Of a stretch of 64,000 nucleotides of DNA, positions 9,860 to 21,624 are shown piece after piece. The translations under genes were made by a program, and so were the position numbers. The notes beneath the pieces are model-generated. The model was given only the letters and a program-made list of their open reading frames with translations, was not told where the DNA came from and did no database searches. The stretch is from an uncultured Methanosarcinaceae archaeon (GTDB taxonomy: Archaea; Halobacteriota; Methanosarcinia; Methanosarcinales; Methanosarcinaceae). Numbering within the stretch: the stretch's first letter is position 1; each line of letters begins with the position of its first letter. Location: assembly GCA_963721455.1 (NCBI GenBank), contig CAVRJG010000052.1, forward strand, positions 64,001 through 128,000, in the 5' to 3' direction.

Positions 9860-11104
9860 ATGATAAAAGCTCAATCATTAGACGGCTTATTCGAAAAATT
9901 ACTTGACGGAAAATCAATTTTCAAAAACAAAGAAGTTCTTCGACCTTCTTACACGCCTGACCTGTTGCTGCACAGGAATGAACAGATTAACAGCCTTGCA
10001 ACAATCCTGGTCTCCGCACTCAGGGGGGAAACTCCTTCCAATGTACTGATTTATGGGAAAACAGGAACCGGAAAGACTGCGGTGACCCGGTATGTGGGAA
10101 AAGAACTTGAGAGGGTAAGTGAAGACAAATCACTTTTTTGCTCGGTTGTCTATATCAATTGTGAAGTGATCGACACGCAGTATCGGCTCCTTGCAAACCT
10201 TGCCAGGCATTTCGAAGAAGATGTTCCTATGACCGGGTGGCCGACTGACCAGGTCTTCATGAAATTCAAGGAAGCAATTGATTCGAGAGAGCAGGTCGTT
10301 ATCATAATTCTGGATGAAATTGACAAGCTGATCAAAAAAGGCGATGATGTTCTCTATAATCTCTCCAGAATTAATACAGACCTCCGGCAAGCTAAAGTCA
10401 GCATGATCGGGGTTTCAAACGATTTAAAATTCACTGAGTTTCTGGACCCAAGGGTCAAAAGTTCCCTGGGTGAAGAAGAACTGATTTTTCCGCCTTATGA
10501 TGCTGAGCAGATCAGCGATATCCTGAAACAAAGGGCAAAAATGGCTTACAACGACGGAGTACTGGGTGAAATGGTAATTCCCCTATGCGCTGCTTTTGCA
10601 GCCCAGGAACACGGTGATGCCCGCCGCGCACTTGACCTCCTGAGGGTGTCAGGGGAAATTGCAGAAAGGGAAAACCAGCCCCAGGTCCTTGAAGAGCATG
10701 TAAGGCGTGCTCAGGAAAAGATCGAAATCGACCGCGTTGTCGAAGTAGTAAGGACCCTCCCTACCCAGTCCAAACTCGTACTCTATAGTATTATTCTTCT
10801 GCGGAACCGCGGCAGAGAAGGTAAGAATGTCACAACTGGCGAGATGTACAATGTCTACCGCCAGCTCTGCCATCACATTGATGTGGATATCCTTACCCAG
10901 CGCAGGGTCACTGACCTGATGTCCGAACTTGATATGCTGGGAATAGTCAACGCAGTGGTCGTAAGCAAAGGTCGTTACGGCCGGACAAAAGAAATTTCCC
11001 TGAGCGTTCCAGTAGAAAACACTCGCAAGGTACTTCTTGAGGATTACAGGCTCAAGCCCCTGGTGGATTTTAAGGCGTCAGTTTTCAACAAGATGTTTTC
11101 ATGA
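9860..11104 (+). CDS. cdc6: Orc1/Cdc6 replication initiator
   Basis: Walker A GKTGTGKT, Walker B IILDEID, GDARRALDLL, C-terminal winged helix (SKGRYGRT); ATG at 9860 chosen over the upstream TTG. Confidence 0.97.
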   Translation: MIKAQSLDGLFEKLLDGKSIFKNKEVLRPSYTPDLLLHRNEQINSLATILVSALRGETPSNVLIYGKTGTGKTAVTRYVGKELERVSEDKSLFCSVVYINCEVIDTQYRLLANLARHFEEDVPMTGWPTDQVFMKFKEAIDSREQVVIIILDEIDKLIKKGDDVLYNLSRINTDLRQAKVSMIGVSNDLKFTEFLDPRVKSSLGEEELIFPPYDAEQISDILKQRAKMAYNDGVLGEMVIPLCAAFAAQEHGDARRALDLLRVSGEIAERENQPQVLEEHVRRAQEKIEIDRVVEVVRTLPTQSKLVLYSIILLRNRGREGKNVTTGEMYNVYRQLCHHIDVDILTQRRVTDLMSELDMLGIVNAVVVSKGRYGRTKEISLSVPVENTRKVLLEDYRLKPLVDFKASVFNKMFS

Positions 11105-11345
11105 GGGTTGAGACCCTCCCATTCTACTATCTCTGGCTTTTCCTTGTCCTTTGCCCTTTTCTTGCCTTTCGTCTTTCCCTGTCTTTTGCCCTTTCCTTGT
11201 CTTTCGTCTTTCCCTGTCTTTTGCTCTTTCCTTGCTCTGATTTGCTATTTTTTTTCATTACTTCAGGTGCCAGTTTTCAGGAAATAATATATATGATCCT
11301 GTGGTTTGACTAGGATCATATCATATTCATAGGTTAACGTACAGG

Positions 11346-11628
11346 TTATATTATTCAAGTTATTATTCAAGTTATTATTCAAGCTATTATTTAAGTTACT
11401 ATTTAAGCTATTATTCAAGTTACTCTTAAGCTATTATTTAGCTACTATTCAAGTCTATTATTCAAGTCTATTATTCAAATTTCCACTCAGGTTTATGATT
11501 AACGTTTATTAAATCGAGCTTTTAATTTATATTACAATTGAAATCTAATGATTCAAATCTGTAATTCAAGTCTATTATTCAAGTTTAAAAATTCAAGTCT
11601 ATTATTCAAGTTTAAAAATTCAAGTTTA
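11346..11628. repeat. degenerate tandem repeats of (C)TATTATTCAAG-like 11-13-mers
   Basis: direct reading. Confidence 0.75.
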
Positions 11629-11642
11629 AAAGGTAATTTTTG

Positions 11643-12230
11643 ATGAAGATAATAGCATTCGTAGGCATGCCAGCATCTGGAAAATCAGAAGCTGCCAGAA
11701 TTGCCGCTGAAATGGGCATTCCCGTTATTAATATGGGTGATGTGATCCGGAGGGAAGTCTTGAGGCGTGGGCTTGAACCCAACGATTCCAATACCGGAAT
11801 GGTTGCAACAGACCTTCGCAAATGCGAGGGCATGGACGCAGTCTCCCGACGCTGTGTTTCTCAGATCAGGGAAACAGGCTCCGAACTTGTGGTTGTGGAC
11901 GGGGTACGTGGAATTGCCGAAGTTGAGTGCTTCAGGCGAGAATTCGGAGAAGGTTTTGTCCTGATTTCCATTTATGCTCCTATCGAAATCCGCTTTTCCA
12001 GAGTTCAGAAGCGAGGCAGAAGCGATGATATGAACAGTATAGAAGGGCTCCGCAACCGGGACGAGCGAGAACTTGGCTGGGGCATGGGGGAAGCTATAGA
12101 AGCATCCAATGTCGAAATTGAGAATAATTTCACTCTGGAAACTTTCAAAAAGGATGTCGTTGATGTTTTGAGCAATTACTCAGGAGAAAATCCGGCACAG
12201 CAGCTTTCAAAGACAGATCCGGAAAAATAA
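11643..12230 (+). CDS. UPF0200 family P-loop nucleotide kinase (dephospho-CoA kinase-like)
   Basis: GMPASGKS P-loop, MGDVIR, VVDGVR, RDERELGWG. Confidence 0.8.
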   Translation: MKIIAFVGMPASGKSEAARIAAEMGIPVINMGDVIRREVLRRGLEPNDSNTGMVATDLRKCEGMDAVSRRCVSQIRETGSELVVVDGVRGIAEVECFRREFGEGFVLISIYAPIEIRFSRVQKRGRSDDMNSIEGLRNRDERELGWGMGEAIEASNVEIENNFTLETFKKDVVDVLSNYSGENPAQQLSKTDPEK

Positions 12231-12295
12231 TTTTTCTGAGAAGAATTTTATTAAATGATTCCTGGAAGACCCTTTTAAATTACTGGAGTAAACTT

Positions 12296-12775
12296 ATGAT
12301 ACACGTTAAGGTTTCAGCAGCTGTATATCCCACGGAAAACCCGGAAAAAGTTACCAGAGCAGTTTCATCCCTTTTTACTGGCATAATAATCGAAAAGAAG
12401 GCTATTGAGGCCACTGAACCTGAGAAAGGAATTTCTCCCTCTTTTCTTATCACAGGGGAAGGAGGAATTGACCTTCTGCTAACCATGTATGGGCTGATTC
12501 GCAGAGAAGAAATTATAGATAGCATCCGCAACAAGGCATTCGGGAAAGGCTTATCCCGTGATAGGCTTTCAGTCCGCTTTTTGCTCAACAAACAGGCTGC
12601 TTTTGTCGGAATTCCCAGTATTCCTGCTCAAGAAGAACCTATCGGGTCCATTGAAGTCTTTATCAGGGCCGATTCTCAGGAAGAAATGGAAAGACTTTTT
12701 GAATGGCTTTTGCCCCTTACCGAAGAAGGGAAACCTGTTATTGAACTGGATATGGACTATGTGGAGAAGGGTTGA
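12296..12775 (+). CDS. UPF0201 (DUF54) family putative RNA-binding protein
   Basis: VYPTENPEKV start and LNKQAAFVG motif; usual partner of UPF0200. Confidence 0.78.
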   Translation: MIHVKVSAAVYPTENPEKVTRAVSSLFTGIIIEKKAIEATEPEKGISPSFLITGEGGIDLLLTMYGLIRREEIIDSIRNKAFGKGLSRDRLSVRFLLNKQAAFVGIPSIPAQEEPIGSIEVFIRADSQEEMERLFEWLLPLTEEGKPVIELDMDYVEKG

Positions 12776-12914
12776 AACGTTTTAAGGTTTTAATGCTCTG
12801 TAAGCCTTTAATACGCTTTTAATGCTTTGTAGATCTTTAATATGCCTTTAATGCTCTAAAAAACATTTAATTCCCTGTTGAAATCCATTGAAAGAGCGCG
12901 TTAAATTAATCCGA

Positions 12915-13035
12915 GTTCAGTTAACTTAATTCAGTCCATTTAGTTCAGTCCATTTAGTTCAGTTAACTTGGTTCAGTTAACTTGGTTCAGTTAATTGAGT
13001 TCAATTAACCGAATTCAGTTAAATAATTCAGTTAA
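12915..13035. repeat. degenerate tandem repeats built on TTCAGTTAA-like units
   Basis: direct reading. Confidence 0.65.
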
Positions 13036-13096
13036 ATATATCTTAATTCGCACCCACAAATCTATATTAACAAATTAAAAGGAATGAACTTTCGTC

Positions 13097-13870
13097 ATGC
13101 AGTTGCACAGAATCAGTTATTCGTCGCGTGCAGTCGTTGAAGACCCTTTCAAATGGGCTTACACTCTCGAAGACCATGGGTATACCGGTTGGGAAATCGT
13201 ACAGGAAGGGTCCCAGTGCCTGAACAGCAAGAATATTCAGAATTTGAAAAATATCAATGAGACCACTGGCCTTGAGCTGACCCTGCATCTGCCTTTCTCG
13301 GATATGAATCTGGCAGGTCTGAACGACTCACTCAGGGCAGAAGTTCTCAGGCAGATGAAACACTACCTGACTCTGGCTTCTAACTATGTCAATCTGGCTG
13401 TAATACACCCTGGCTATCTTTCTCCTTATGGTGTGCAGGTCCCGCAACAAGCCTACTTTACTAACCTTGCCTCTCTCCGGGAAATCTGCGATTTTGCAGC
13501 GGATTTCGGAATTCTCGTTGCTGTTGAGAATATGCCCGACCTGCCGAAAATCTTCGGAAAATATCCTGACGAAATGATTGAGATGCTTGATTCCATTGGA
13601 AGTCATAATGTGGGCTTTACCTTCGATGTTGGGCACGCAAATACAGTTGGGCTTGTTGACGATTTCCTGGATTTCCTGACAGAAAGAATTTCCCATGTAC
13701 ATATTCACGATAACATGGGCAAAAAAGACGAACATCTCCCTCTGGGAAAAGGTACGATAGACTGGAAACAGGTTATGAAAAAGCTTTCGGACTATAAGGG
13801 AATTTTTGTCACCGAAATGAGCTCTGTCGAAGAGGGAATTGAAAGCCTTGAATTTTTAAGAAAGTTGTAA
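13097..13870 (+). CDS. sugar phosphate isomerase/epimerase (xylose isomerase-like TIM barrel) family protein
   Basis: HLPF, IHPG, VENM, FDVGHA and HIHDN..DEHLPLG motifs. Confidence 0.85.
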   Translation: MQLHRISYSSRAVVEDPFKWAYTLEDHGYTGWEIVQEGSQCLNSKNIQNLKNINETTGLELTLHLPFSDMNLAGLNDSLRAEVLRQMKHYLTLASNYVNLAVIHPGYLSPYGVQVPQQAYFTNLASLREICDFAADFGILVAVENMPDLPKIFGKYPDEMIEMLDSIGSHNVGFTFDVGHANTVGLVDDFLDFLTERISHVHIHDNMGKKDEHLPLGKGTIDWKQVMKKLSDYKGIFVTEMSSVEEGIESLEFLRKL

Positions 13871-13917
13871 AAGAGAACTCTTCAATCTCTTCTTCAGTTA
13901 TTAGATATTTTTTATTT

Positions 13918-14301
13918 TCAGCCCTTCTCACGTTTTTCTCTCAGGTAATATACCCAGTCGCCATGCTCGATTTTTTCCGTTTCTGGCTTTTCATCATAAA
14001 CATAGATGAAGCCTCTAATCTTCCTTTCATCTATTTCAAGGTCCACATATTCCCTGTGGTATCCTCCGAAAAGTTCCATATAATCAATTGATTTCGCGAC
14101 TTCAAGCTGCTGTTTTCCCGAGAACCTGCGCACTTCAGCGACGACAGAAGAACCTTCCGAAGGGTAGATGCCAGGGTAGGGGCCCAGAGAATAAAGAGCA
14201 TATCCTCCTATTTTTGTTGTTCCCAGGAGCTCCGACCTGTTTTGCAGGTCAAAACGCCGGCTATTGTAGAGGCCGTCTCTGAGGCTACCATATAGTGCCA
14301 T
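13918..14301 (-). CDS. gamma-glutamylcyclotransferase (AIG2-like) family protein
   Basis: YGSLR motif, YPG, acidic DYME..Y.R; SD-like GGTGAGGAG before ATG 14301. Confidence 0.8.
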   Translation of the reverse strand: MALYGSLRDGLYNSRRFDLQNRSELLGTTKIGGYALYSLGPYPGIYPSEGSSVVAEVRRFSGKQQLEVAKSIDYMELFGGYHREYVDLEIDERKIRGFIYVYDEKPETEKIEHGDWVYYLREKREKG

Positions 14302-14482
14302 AATAATCTCCTCACCTTCCGGCCTCTGGTAAGAGCGTTGCCAGCAGATATTTCTGTGGAAGACATTCCCATAAAGAGTCCCATCTTTCACTTTATAGTT
14401 TCTGTCTTCACACGTGCTTTTATTTTTCCCTGAATCGTTTTCCATATGCTATTCTCTTAAAATAATTTGTTTTTAAAGAAAC

Positions 14483-15553
14483 TTACTTCGAAAAGCCATA
14501 AGCTGCAAAGCGCTGTGTCAGGTCAAGGTTTGCCAGCAGGAAGCGGTCCTCTTTGCTGTAAGCTACTTTTTTGTTACCCGAGAGTTCCAGCACGCAGGTA
14601 CTGCCAGGCTTTGCTTCTTTGACTTCCTGGCCGTCAACCAGAATCTTTTCTACACGCACAGGTTCGGACTGCAGGCCAACGAAGAGATGAAGTACACTTG
14701 AAGCTTCAATTTTCCGTGTGAATTTTGAGAGAGCACATTCCAGGGTGTAGTCAGTGCTTACGATTTCTTTATCGGAAATGATAAATCCCCTTTCTATGTC
14801 TTTGGCCTGCACATTTTTAAGGCGCATCCCAACTCTGGTGCCTGTAGGCGCACTCTCGATATCCACATCGTGGCTCTGAATGGAACGGATTTCAATGTCC
14901 CTGTCCAGAGGGAAAATTTTGGTCTTATCTTTATCTTTTGAGATTCCCTGTTTGACAACTCCAAGAACAACACAGCCTTTTCCAGTCACATTGAAGGCAT
15001 GGTCTATAAACACCCTTGCAGGCAATTTATTTAACTCAGCCTGTTCAGCTTCGATTTCTTCCGATATCTCATTAATTCTGGCTTTGAGATCTTCAACACC
15101 TTCAAAGGGGATTTTTGCACTTTTGTTGGTATTCAGGGAAATGCATTCCCAGTCCTGGAGAGAAGTGCCTGCAGTCATTAGTTTTATTTTATTTTTCAGC
15201 TCATCGATTGCATGCATGTGAGTGCTGTCGGATTTTGTCAGGGCAATTATCCCGTGCTTAAAGCCAAGCAAGTCCAGGACAACAATGCATTCTCCGGTGT
15301 AAACACTTACAGGACTATCCCTGTCCAGGCCATCAGGAGGAATGCAGAGGATTGCCATCTCTGAAATATTAAGTGCCGTTACCAGGGGTTTTAAGGTCTT
15401 AGGATAGCCTTGAGGGTCCACAAAAACCATTTTCCGGCTTTCTTTATCGTTATTATACATGGTTATGTCGGAAGCTGTCCCTTTTTTCCCGAGGTTTGCG
15501 GCAAGGGATGTCCTTCCGCTTTTTTCCGTCCCGATAATTGCAAGGTTTGTCAT
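14483..15553 (-). CDS. SelB/EF-Tu-like translation factor (archaeal SelBL)
   Basis: degenerate G domain (GTEKSGRTS, TKSD), IDHAFNVTGKGCVVLG and IRSIQSHD..GTRVGMRL domain II motifs. Confidence 0.85.
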   Translation of the reverse strand: MTNLAIIGTEKSGRTSLAANLGKKGTASDITMYNNDKESRKMVFVDPQGYPKTLKPLVTALNISEMAILCIPPDGLDRDSPVSVYTGECIVVLDLLGFKHGIIALTKSDSTHMHAIDELKNKIKLMTAGTSLQDWECISLNTNKSAKIPFEGVEDLKARINEISEEIEAEQAELNKLPARVFIDHAFNVTGKGCVVLGVVKQGISKDKDKTKIFPLDRDIEIRSIQSHDVDIESAPTGTRVGMRLKNVQAKDIERGFIISDKEIVSTDYTLECALSKFTRKIEASSVLHLFVGLQSEPVRVEKILVDGQEVKEAKPGSTCVLELSGNKKVAYSKEDRFLLANLDLTQRFAAYGFSK

Positions 15554-15774
15554 GGTGGGTCCCTTCTAATTACTATATCTAAAGATTGTCTGAATCCGGA
15601 TCATTTTGAATAAAGCAAATTCAATTTTATAATGCTTTCTTGAATCACTGGAATCTCTGAAATTTCTGGAATCTGCAACTGGTATTAATTATACTGCAAT
15701 ATATTTCTTTTCGAAACGTTCTAAAAAGGGTTATTGAGGATTCAAATCTCGAAACCCATTCTCGAAGGAGATGA

Positions 15775-16947
15775 TTACCAGGGTTCACCCTGCCAGATTG
15801 CCTGAGTTTTATCGCTGGTGCTTTTGTTGAGCTTTCTTATAATTATCAGATACTCTTCTCCGATAGATTGAGGCTCTTCAAAAACTGCATCGATCCCAAG
15901 TCTTTTAAGATGATCTTCGAAATCTGCTGCAGTTTTTAAATCCCTCACCCGGATCCTTGCTTCTTCATAGAGCCTCTGGCCATTTTTTACACTTCTGATA
16001 GATTCCCTGAGAGGGTTCAGTATGCTTTCCCCTAGCTGCATGCAGCGTTTTTCTAATTCGGTTTCGTTCTCATTCCATTCAACTGTCTGGAAACCTTCTC
16101 TGACAATCCGGGAAAGCATATAGTCTCTGCCTGTCTCATTGTAGAACTTAAAGGCATGCCTGAGATCCGAACAATTACTCTGGGAAGAGGTATATTTTAA
16201 TGGGGAAAGAACCATTTCGGGGTCCTTTATTACGACACCTTCATGCTCTTTTTCTCCCAGTTCCCGGATGATTTTTCCGATCTCTTCAGGGGCTTTTTCA
16301 AGGGAAATTTCCTTGAAGAACCTTACATGGAAAAAACCATATTTTTCCAGAATTTCCTGCTTCCTGTTTATTGGAAGAGGCTTGCCGCTGTTTTTCTCCC
16401 GAATGTCGAAGATATAAAACTCTACCGACTTGATACCATAGATATCTTTTGAGACATAAGGATTGTCAGGGCCTATCATTTCTCCATAGAGTACGAGTTC
16501 CGGGAAATCGTCAAAAAATTTCAGGTTCAGTTTCTCTTTTGCCTTTTGAGTCGTATAAGGGCAAACATATCCGCTCCGGGTAATTGCAAGTATCTCCTCC
16601 TTTGCGATTGCTATGCGGACATTGTATCCGTTCATTTTCTCTTCCACAGCTATCTTTTCAAGACCGCTGAAGTGCTTTTTAATCGTAGGATCCAGCACCA
16701 TGGCTCTCCGGATCTTCGGAAAACCCATAATTATTTCGAAAGAACCGTCTTTCTCATAAAGCACTGTTCCCCTTTCGATATGGGAAATTTCCTTGTCGAA
16801 GCGGAGCAAATACTCATACTTTCCCCAGTTTCGGGCAAGATAATTCTTCTCAAAAAGGTGATGAACCCTCTCCTGATCAAACCCCAGGCTACTGGCAAGT
16901 CGAGCTACAAATTCAGGATCTATTTCCTCATTACCCTCTCTACTCAT
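15775..16947 (-). CDS. ATP-dependent RNA ligase, Pab1020/Rnl3 family
   Basis: motif I EEKMNGYNVR, TRSGYVCPYT, YGEMIGPDNPY, EGVVIK, LKY. Confidence 0.9.
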   Translation of the reverse strand: MSREGNEEIDPEFVARLASSLGFDQERVHHLFEKNYLARNWGKYEYLLRFDKEISHIERGTVLYEKDGSFEIIMGFPKIRRAMVLDPTIKKHFSGLEKIAVEEKMNGYNVRIAIAKEEILAITRSGYVCPYTTQKAKEKLNLKFFDDFPELVLYGEMIGPDNPYVSKDIYGIKSVEFYIFDIREKNSGKPLPINRKQEILEKYGFFHVRFFKEISLEKAPEEIGKIIRELGEKEHEGVVIKDPEMVLSPLKYTSSQSNCSDLRHAFKFYNETGRDYMLSRIVREGFQTVEWNENETELEKRCMQLGESILNPLRESIRSVKNGQRLYEEARIRVRDLKTAADFEDHLKRLGIDAVFEEPQSIGEEYLIIIRKLNKSTSDKTQAIWQGEPW

Positions 16948-17123
16948 GTTTATTTATCTGTTTTCAGGCCTGAAATAAGTTATCATTCTCAGGGATATCT
17001 TCAGAATAGCCTGCTTTTCAGGTGACAGATTGAGAAATGAAGTAGTCCACTAAAAATCTTTATAAGTATTTGGTTTCTAATTTCTGCTGTATCTAAATTT
17101 CCAAAAAGATTGGAGACTTCAAA

Positions 17124-17915
17124 ATGGCAGATGAAATCGACTACAAGATAATTGGCGACGACATGCAGATCGTTGAAATTGAGCTTGATCCAGACGAGGC
17201 CGTTCAGGCAGAGGCTGGGGCTATGGCGTATATGGGTCCCGGAATTCAGATGCAGACTGGCATGGGTAATGAAGGTGGCGGATTCCTGGGAGGACTAAAA
17301 AAAGGACTTAAACGAGCCCTGACAGGAGAAAGCTTTTTCATTACAAGTTTTATTCACAAAGGTTCCGGAAAAGGGCATGTAGCTTTTGCAGCTCCGTACC
17401 CGGGCAAGATAATTCCCCTTGACCTTTCCAAGTTTGGAGGTAGTATCCTCTGCCAGAAGGATGCTTTTCTCTGTGCTGCCCGTGGAATAGAAATGGAAGT
17501 AGCTTTCACTCGCAAGCTCGGAGCAGGGCTTTTCGGTGGTGAAGGTTTCATTCTTCAGAGACTGCGGGGTAACGGCCTGGCCTTTGTCCATATCGGAGGC
17601 ACAGTGATTAAAAAAGATCTGGCTGCTGGCGAGACTTACCGTGTTGACACTGGTTGTGTGGCAGCTTTTACCGAAACCGTGAGTTACGACATAACCTGGT
17701 CAAAGGACTTTAAAAACGCCCTCTTCGGTGGTGAAGGAGTTGTCCTTGCAACCCTCACAGGTCCGGGCACTGTGTACCTACAGAGCCTGCCTTTCTCCCG
17801 CCTTGCCGACAGAATATTTGCAGCTTCTGCTTACCGCCATAACAAAGACGAACAGAACGGAATTGGAGGAAGTGGCGTCCTGGGGGGTCTGATTGGTGGA
17901 GATAAATCGTTCTAA
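17124..17915 (+). CDS. TIGR00266/AIM24 family protein
   Basis: AEAGAM, TGESFF, CQKDAFL, FGGEGFILQ, VDTGCVAAF, GPGTVYLQS. Confidence 0.9.
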   Translation: MADEIDYKIIGDDMQIVEIELDPDEAVQAEAGAMAYMGPGIQMQTGMGNEGGGFLGGLKKGLKRALTGESFFITSFIHKGSGKGHVAFAAPYPGKIIPLDLSKFGGSILCQKDAFLCAARGIEMEVAFTRKLGAGLFGGEGFILQRLRGNGLAFVHIGGTVIKKDLAAGETYRVDTGCVAAFTETVSYDITWSKDFKNALFGGEGVVLATLTGPGTVYLQSLPFSRLADRIFAASAYRHNKDEQNGIGGSGVLGGLIGGDKSF

Positions 17916-17965
17916 AGCAAAAATCAACTCATAAAAGGCTAGCAATAATAGAAAAAGTAATATCG

Positions 17966-18034
17966 AAAACAGGAATTTCTCTAAAACAGGAATCTCTAAA
18001 ACAGGAATCTCTAAAACAGGAATCTCTAAAACAG
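17966..18034. repeat. tandem repeat, 15-bp unit AAAACAGGAATCTCT, about 4 copies
   Basis: direct reading. Confidence 0.85.
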
Positions 18035-18202
18035 GTAATACGGAAGCAGATAAAAAACTGAGAATTTGAATGTTTAAAAATCGGGAATTCAGGAAGTTCA
18101 AAAGGCCTGCCCCTGTCGGGACAGGTCCTCTTTTTAATCACTTATTTTTTAATTATTCTGATCAATTCAGGTTTTTCAGGCTCTTTTTCTTTATATTTGA
18201 GC

Positions 18203-19054
<852 letters not shown>

Positions 19055-19146
19055 CTATGTTCTTACTTCACATCCTTCTTTTATTTTCGGCTGTCTTTAC
19101 CTGTTGCTAATTTTTCTTTGCCGTATTTACCTCCATACTGCGTATT

Positions 19147-19992
19147 TCAGAGTATGGCTTTTATGATGTCGATCCTGCTTAGTATGCCCACTATATCTTC
19201 TCCATCGCTTACAGGAAGAGCAGTAACTTCTTCCTCAATCATTTTCTTTGCAGCTGCACTGACATTTTCATTTACGTCAATGGAAATTATCGGAGAAACC
19301 ATGATGTCTTCTGCGGTCAAAGGCACCTCTTTTACGTATCTGTAGATTTTCTGACCTGCAGGGGAAGATTTGCGCGCCATTTTAATATTTTTTGTGGAAA
19401 GTTTGCCTTCATTGTCAGTTAAGAGGTTTAAGGCAAGGCTTTTCCTGGAAATAATCCCTACAGATTTTCCGGCGTCATCTTTAACGACCACTCTTTCGAT
19501 CTCGTTTCTGTTCATTTCGTCAATTACATGGTTGATGGTATGGTGTCTGTGAACAGAAATGACATCCTCGGTCATTAATTTGGGAATTTTTGTTTTTATT
19601 TCCTCGGTGTTTTCCGCAACATAGCGCACGAGATCTGTCCTGGTCACAATACCTACGATATCATTCTTTACCACCGGAATGTTGTGCACCCTATTCTCAA
19701 GCATTAAGGCGGCTGCCTGGGAAATGGAAGCTTCGGGATAGATGGTAATAACCGATTCAGTCATCAATAGCTTGATAGGGATCTGATCTATCGGCCTCCT
19801 CCTCCAGAGGGGTTCGGCTTGAGCCAGACGGTTGCTGAGGTCTGATTTTGTGACGATTCCCACCATCTTGCCCTCGTTGAGGACAAGCAACGTACTGATT
19901 TTATATTTTAACATCAGTTTTCTTGCATATGACACGGGCTCATCTGCGTTTAGGACATACACAGGTGAACTCATGATGTCCGCCACATTCAT
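19147..19992 (-). CDS. CBS domain protein (4 CBS)
   Basis: VADIMS, GIVTKSD, GIVTRTD, GILSRID. Confidence 0.9.
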   Translation of the reverse strand: MNVADIMSSPVYVLNADEPVSYARKLMLKYKISTLLVLNEGKMVGIVTKSDLSNRLAQAEPLWRRRPIDQIPIKLLMTESVITIYPEASISQAAALMLENRVHNIPVVKNDIVGIVTRTDLVRYVAENTEEIKTKIPKLMTEDVISVHRHHTINHVIDEMNRNEIERVVVKDDAGKSVGIISRKSLALNLLTDNEGKLSTKNIKMARKSSPAGQKIYRYVKEVPLTAEDIMVSPIISIDVNENVSAAAKKMIEEEVTALPVSDGEDIVGILSRIDIIKAIL

Positions 19993-20324
19993 GGAATACC
20001 TCCTTCACTTTTACAATATATAAGTATCAATTATTATAGTTTTTGAATCGGATGTAAACTTCACAATTTTAGCTGTAAATGTCGAAGTTTTAGAGAAGTA
20101 ATACCTGTCTTTTGCTGAAATGAAGACTAATTTGAAAAGACCCTTATTTTAGATCATCTACAACATAGAATCTCCAGATCTCAGAGTTGCCTTTCGGTCT
20201 ATCCGGCCAGAGAATTATTTTTCTTTCTAAAATTCCTGAAAAATTGAACCCGGAGGTTTTTCGGGCTCGGTTTAGCTCCAAACAAATTTCACTTTTGGAC
20301 CAGTTTGATTAGCCATCCTGGAAT

Positions 20325-21323
20325 TCATTCAAAAGATCTCAGGAAATCGCTTTCTGTAATTATGCCACGCAGCAATCCTTCTTCCAGGATTGGGAGCGAA
20401 CCGATTTTTTTATCGAGCATGATTTTCATCGCTTTTCCCATGTCTGTGTCCGGGCTGGTCCATATCAGTTCTTTGGAGATAATAGAACCTACAGGCTGGT
20501 CAAGAGCTTCATGAATATTTCCTGTTGTCAGCTTTCTGAAAGCGTCTCCTCTTCCAAGGAAGTGGACGATGTCAGAGGCGGTAACTATTCCGGCAAAAAT
20601 ACCATCCTTAACTACAGGAAGCCTTCTGAGCCTATTCTCTACCATTACTTTTGCTGCGTGTCCAATGGGCGTATCTGTTGAAACCATCTTGACATTCCTG
20701 GTCATGTATTCATCAACAGTTTTGTTTGTCACGATTCCGCCCATCAGTTCTACTGCGTTTCTTTCGGTAAAAATTCCAACTACCTGCATGCCATCGTTCA
20801 CGATTGGCAGACCCCCTGTCCTTCTCTCAAGCATCGTCGAAATGGCATCTTTAAAGTCTGCGTGCTCATGAAGATAAGCAGCATCAATTTCCATTATCTG
20901 CCTCACTTCCTCATTTATTGCAGCAAGAAGGTTACCTTTGAAGCGGTTTTCAACAAGCAGGTTCTTTTTCCCACCTCCCAGGAAATCGATAATATCCACG
21001 GAAGTGACGACTCCTTCCAGCCTCCGCGTTCCGGCGTCTGTAATAGGAATACGCCTGAACCTCCTTTCAGTCATGATCTTAATTGCTTCCATAATTGTTG
21101 CAGTGGGAGGAAGGGTTATTACGTCCCTTGTTGCAAGGGAGAGGATCCGTCCCGGGTGTTCCGAAATGCGGGACTTGAAATCAGGGCCTATCCGCATCGT
21201 ACCCATGCTGCTTATCATGTGAGGGTCTTTCTGTTGCGCGTTCTTTCCCGGTTTGTTCAGATTTGGCTGAACTTTCGTTTTGTCGGCTGATACAAATGTC
21301 TTATTTTTGTTCAATAGGATCAC
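20325..21323 (-). CDS. CBS domain protein (4 CBS; start uncertain)
   Basis: FRRIPI, GGLPIV, RRLPVV, GSLPI, GIITESD. Confidence 0.88.
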   Translation of the reverse strand: MILLNKNKTFVSADKTKVQPNLNKPGKNAQQKDPHMISSMGTMRIGPDFKSRISEHPGRILSLATRDVITLPPTATIMEAIKIMTERRFRRIPITDAGTRRLEGVVTSVDIIDFLGGGKKNLLVENRFKGNLLAAINEEVRQIMEIDAAYLHEHADFKDAISTMLERRTGGLPIVNDGMQVVGIFTERNAVELMGGIVTNKTVDEYMTRNVKMVSTDTPIGHAAKVMVENRLRRLPVVKDGIFAGIVTASDIVHFLGRGDAFRKLTTGNIHEALDQPVGSIISKELIWTSPDTDMGKAMKIMLDKKIGSLPILEEGLLRGIITESDFLRSFE

Positions 21324-21624
21324 CGAATTCGAGTTGCAATTAATTGCTTTTTTTCATATTCCGTTTTTCTCTTCCTGCCAAGTTGCAAGAATTTTCCCGG
21401 AGTCTGCCGTTTATTTCTCAGCAAACCCGGGTTTGCCCCTGGAAAAAACAAAACCTGAAAGCAATTTCTCCCGAATCTTTCCGAGCGCTTTCTTTACTTG
21501 CCAATCTATAATCATTATTAATGATAATCTTTAATGTTATAATCTTTTTGCGTGAGAGTTTGCTCTTTACTTTTTCACATTAATTCTTTGGCCGGTTTTC
21601 ACCATTTCACTGGAAGTTTTCCTT

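Noticed and set aside
11346-13035. Short repeat arrays as possible CRISPR
   Set aside because: Units are adjacent 10-13-mers with no unique spacers, and there are no cas genes in the window.
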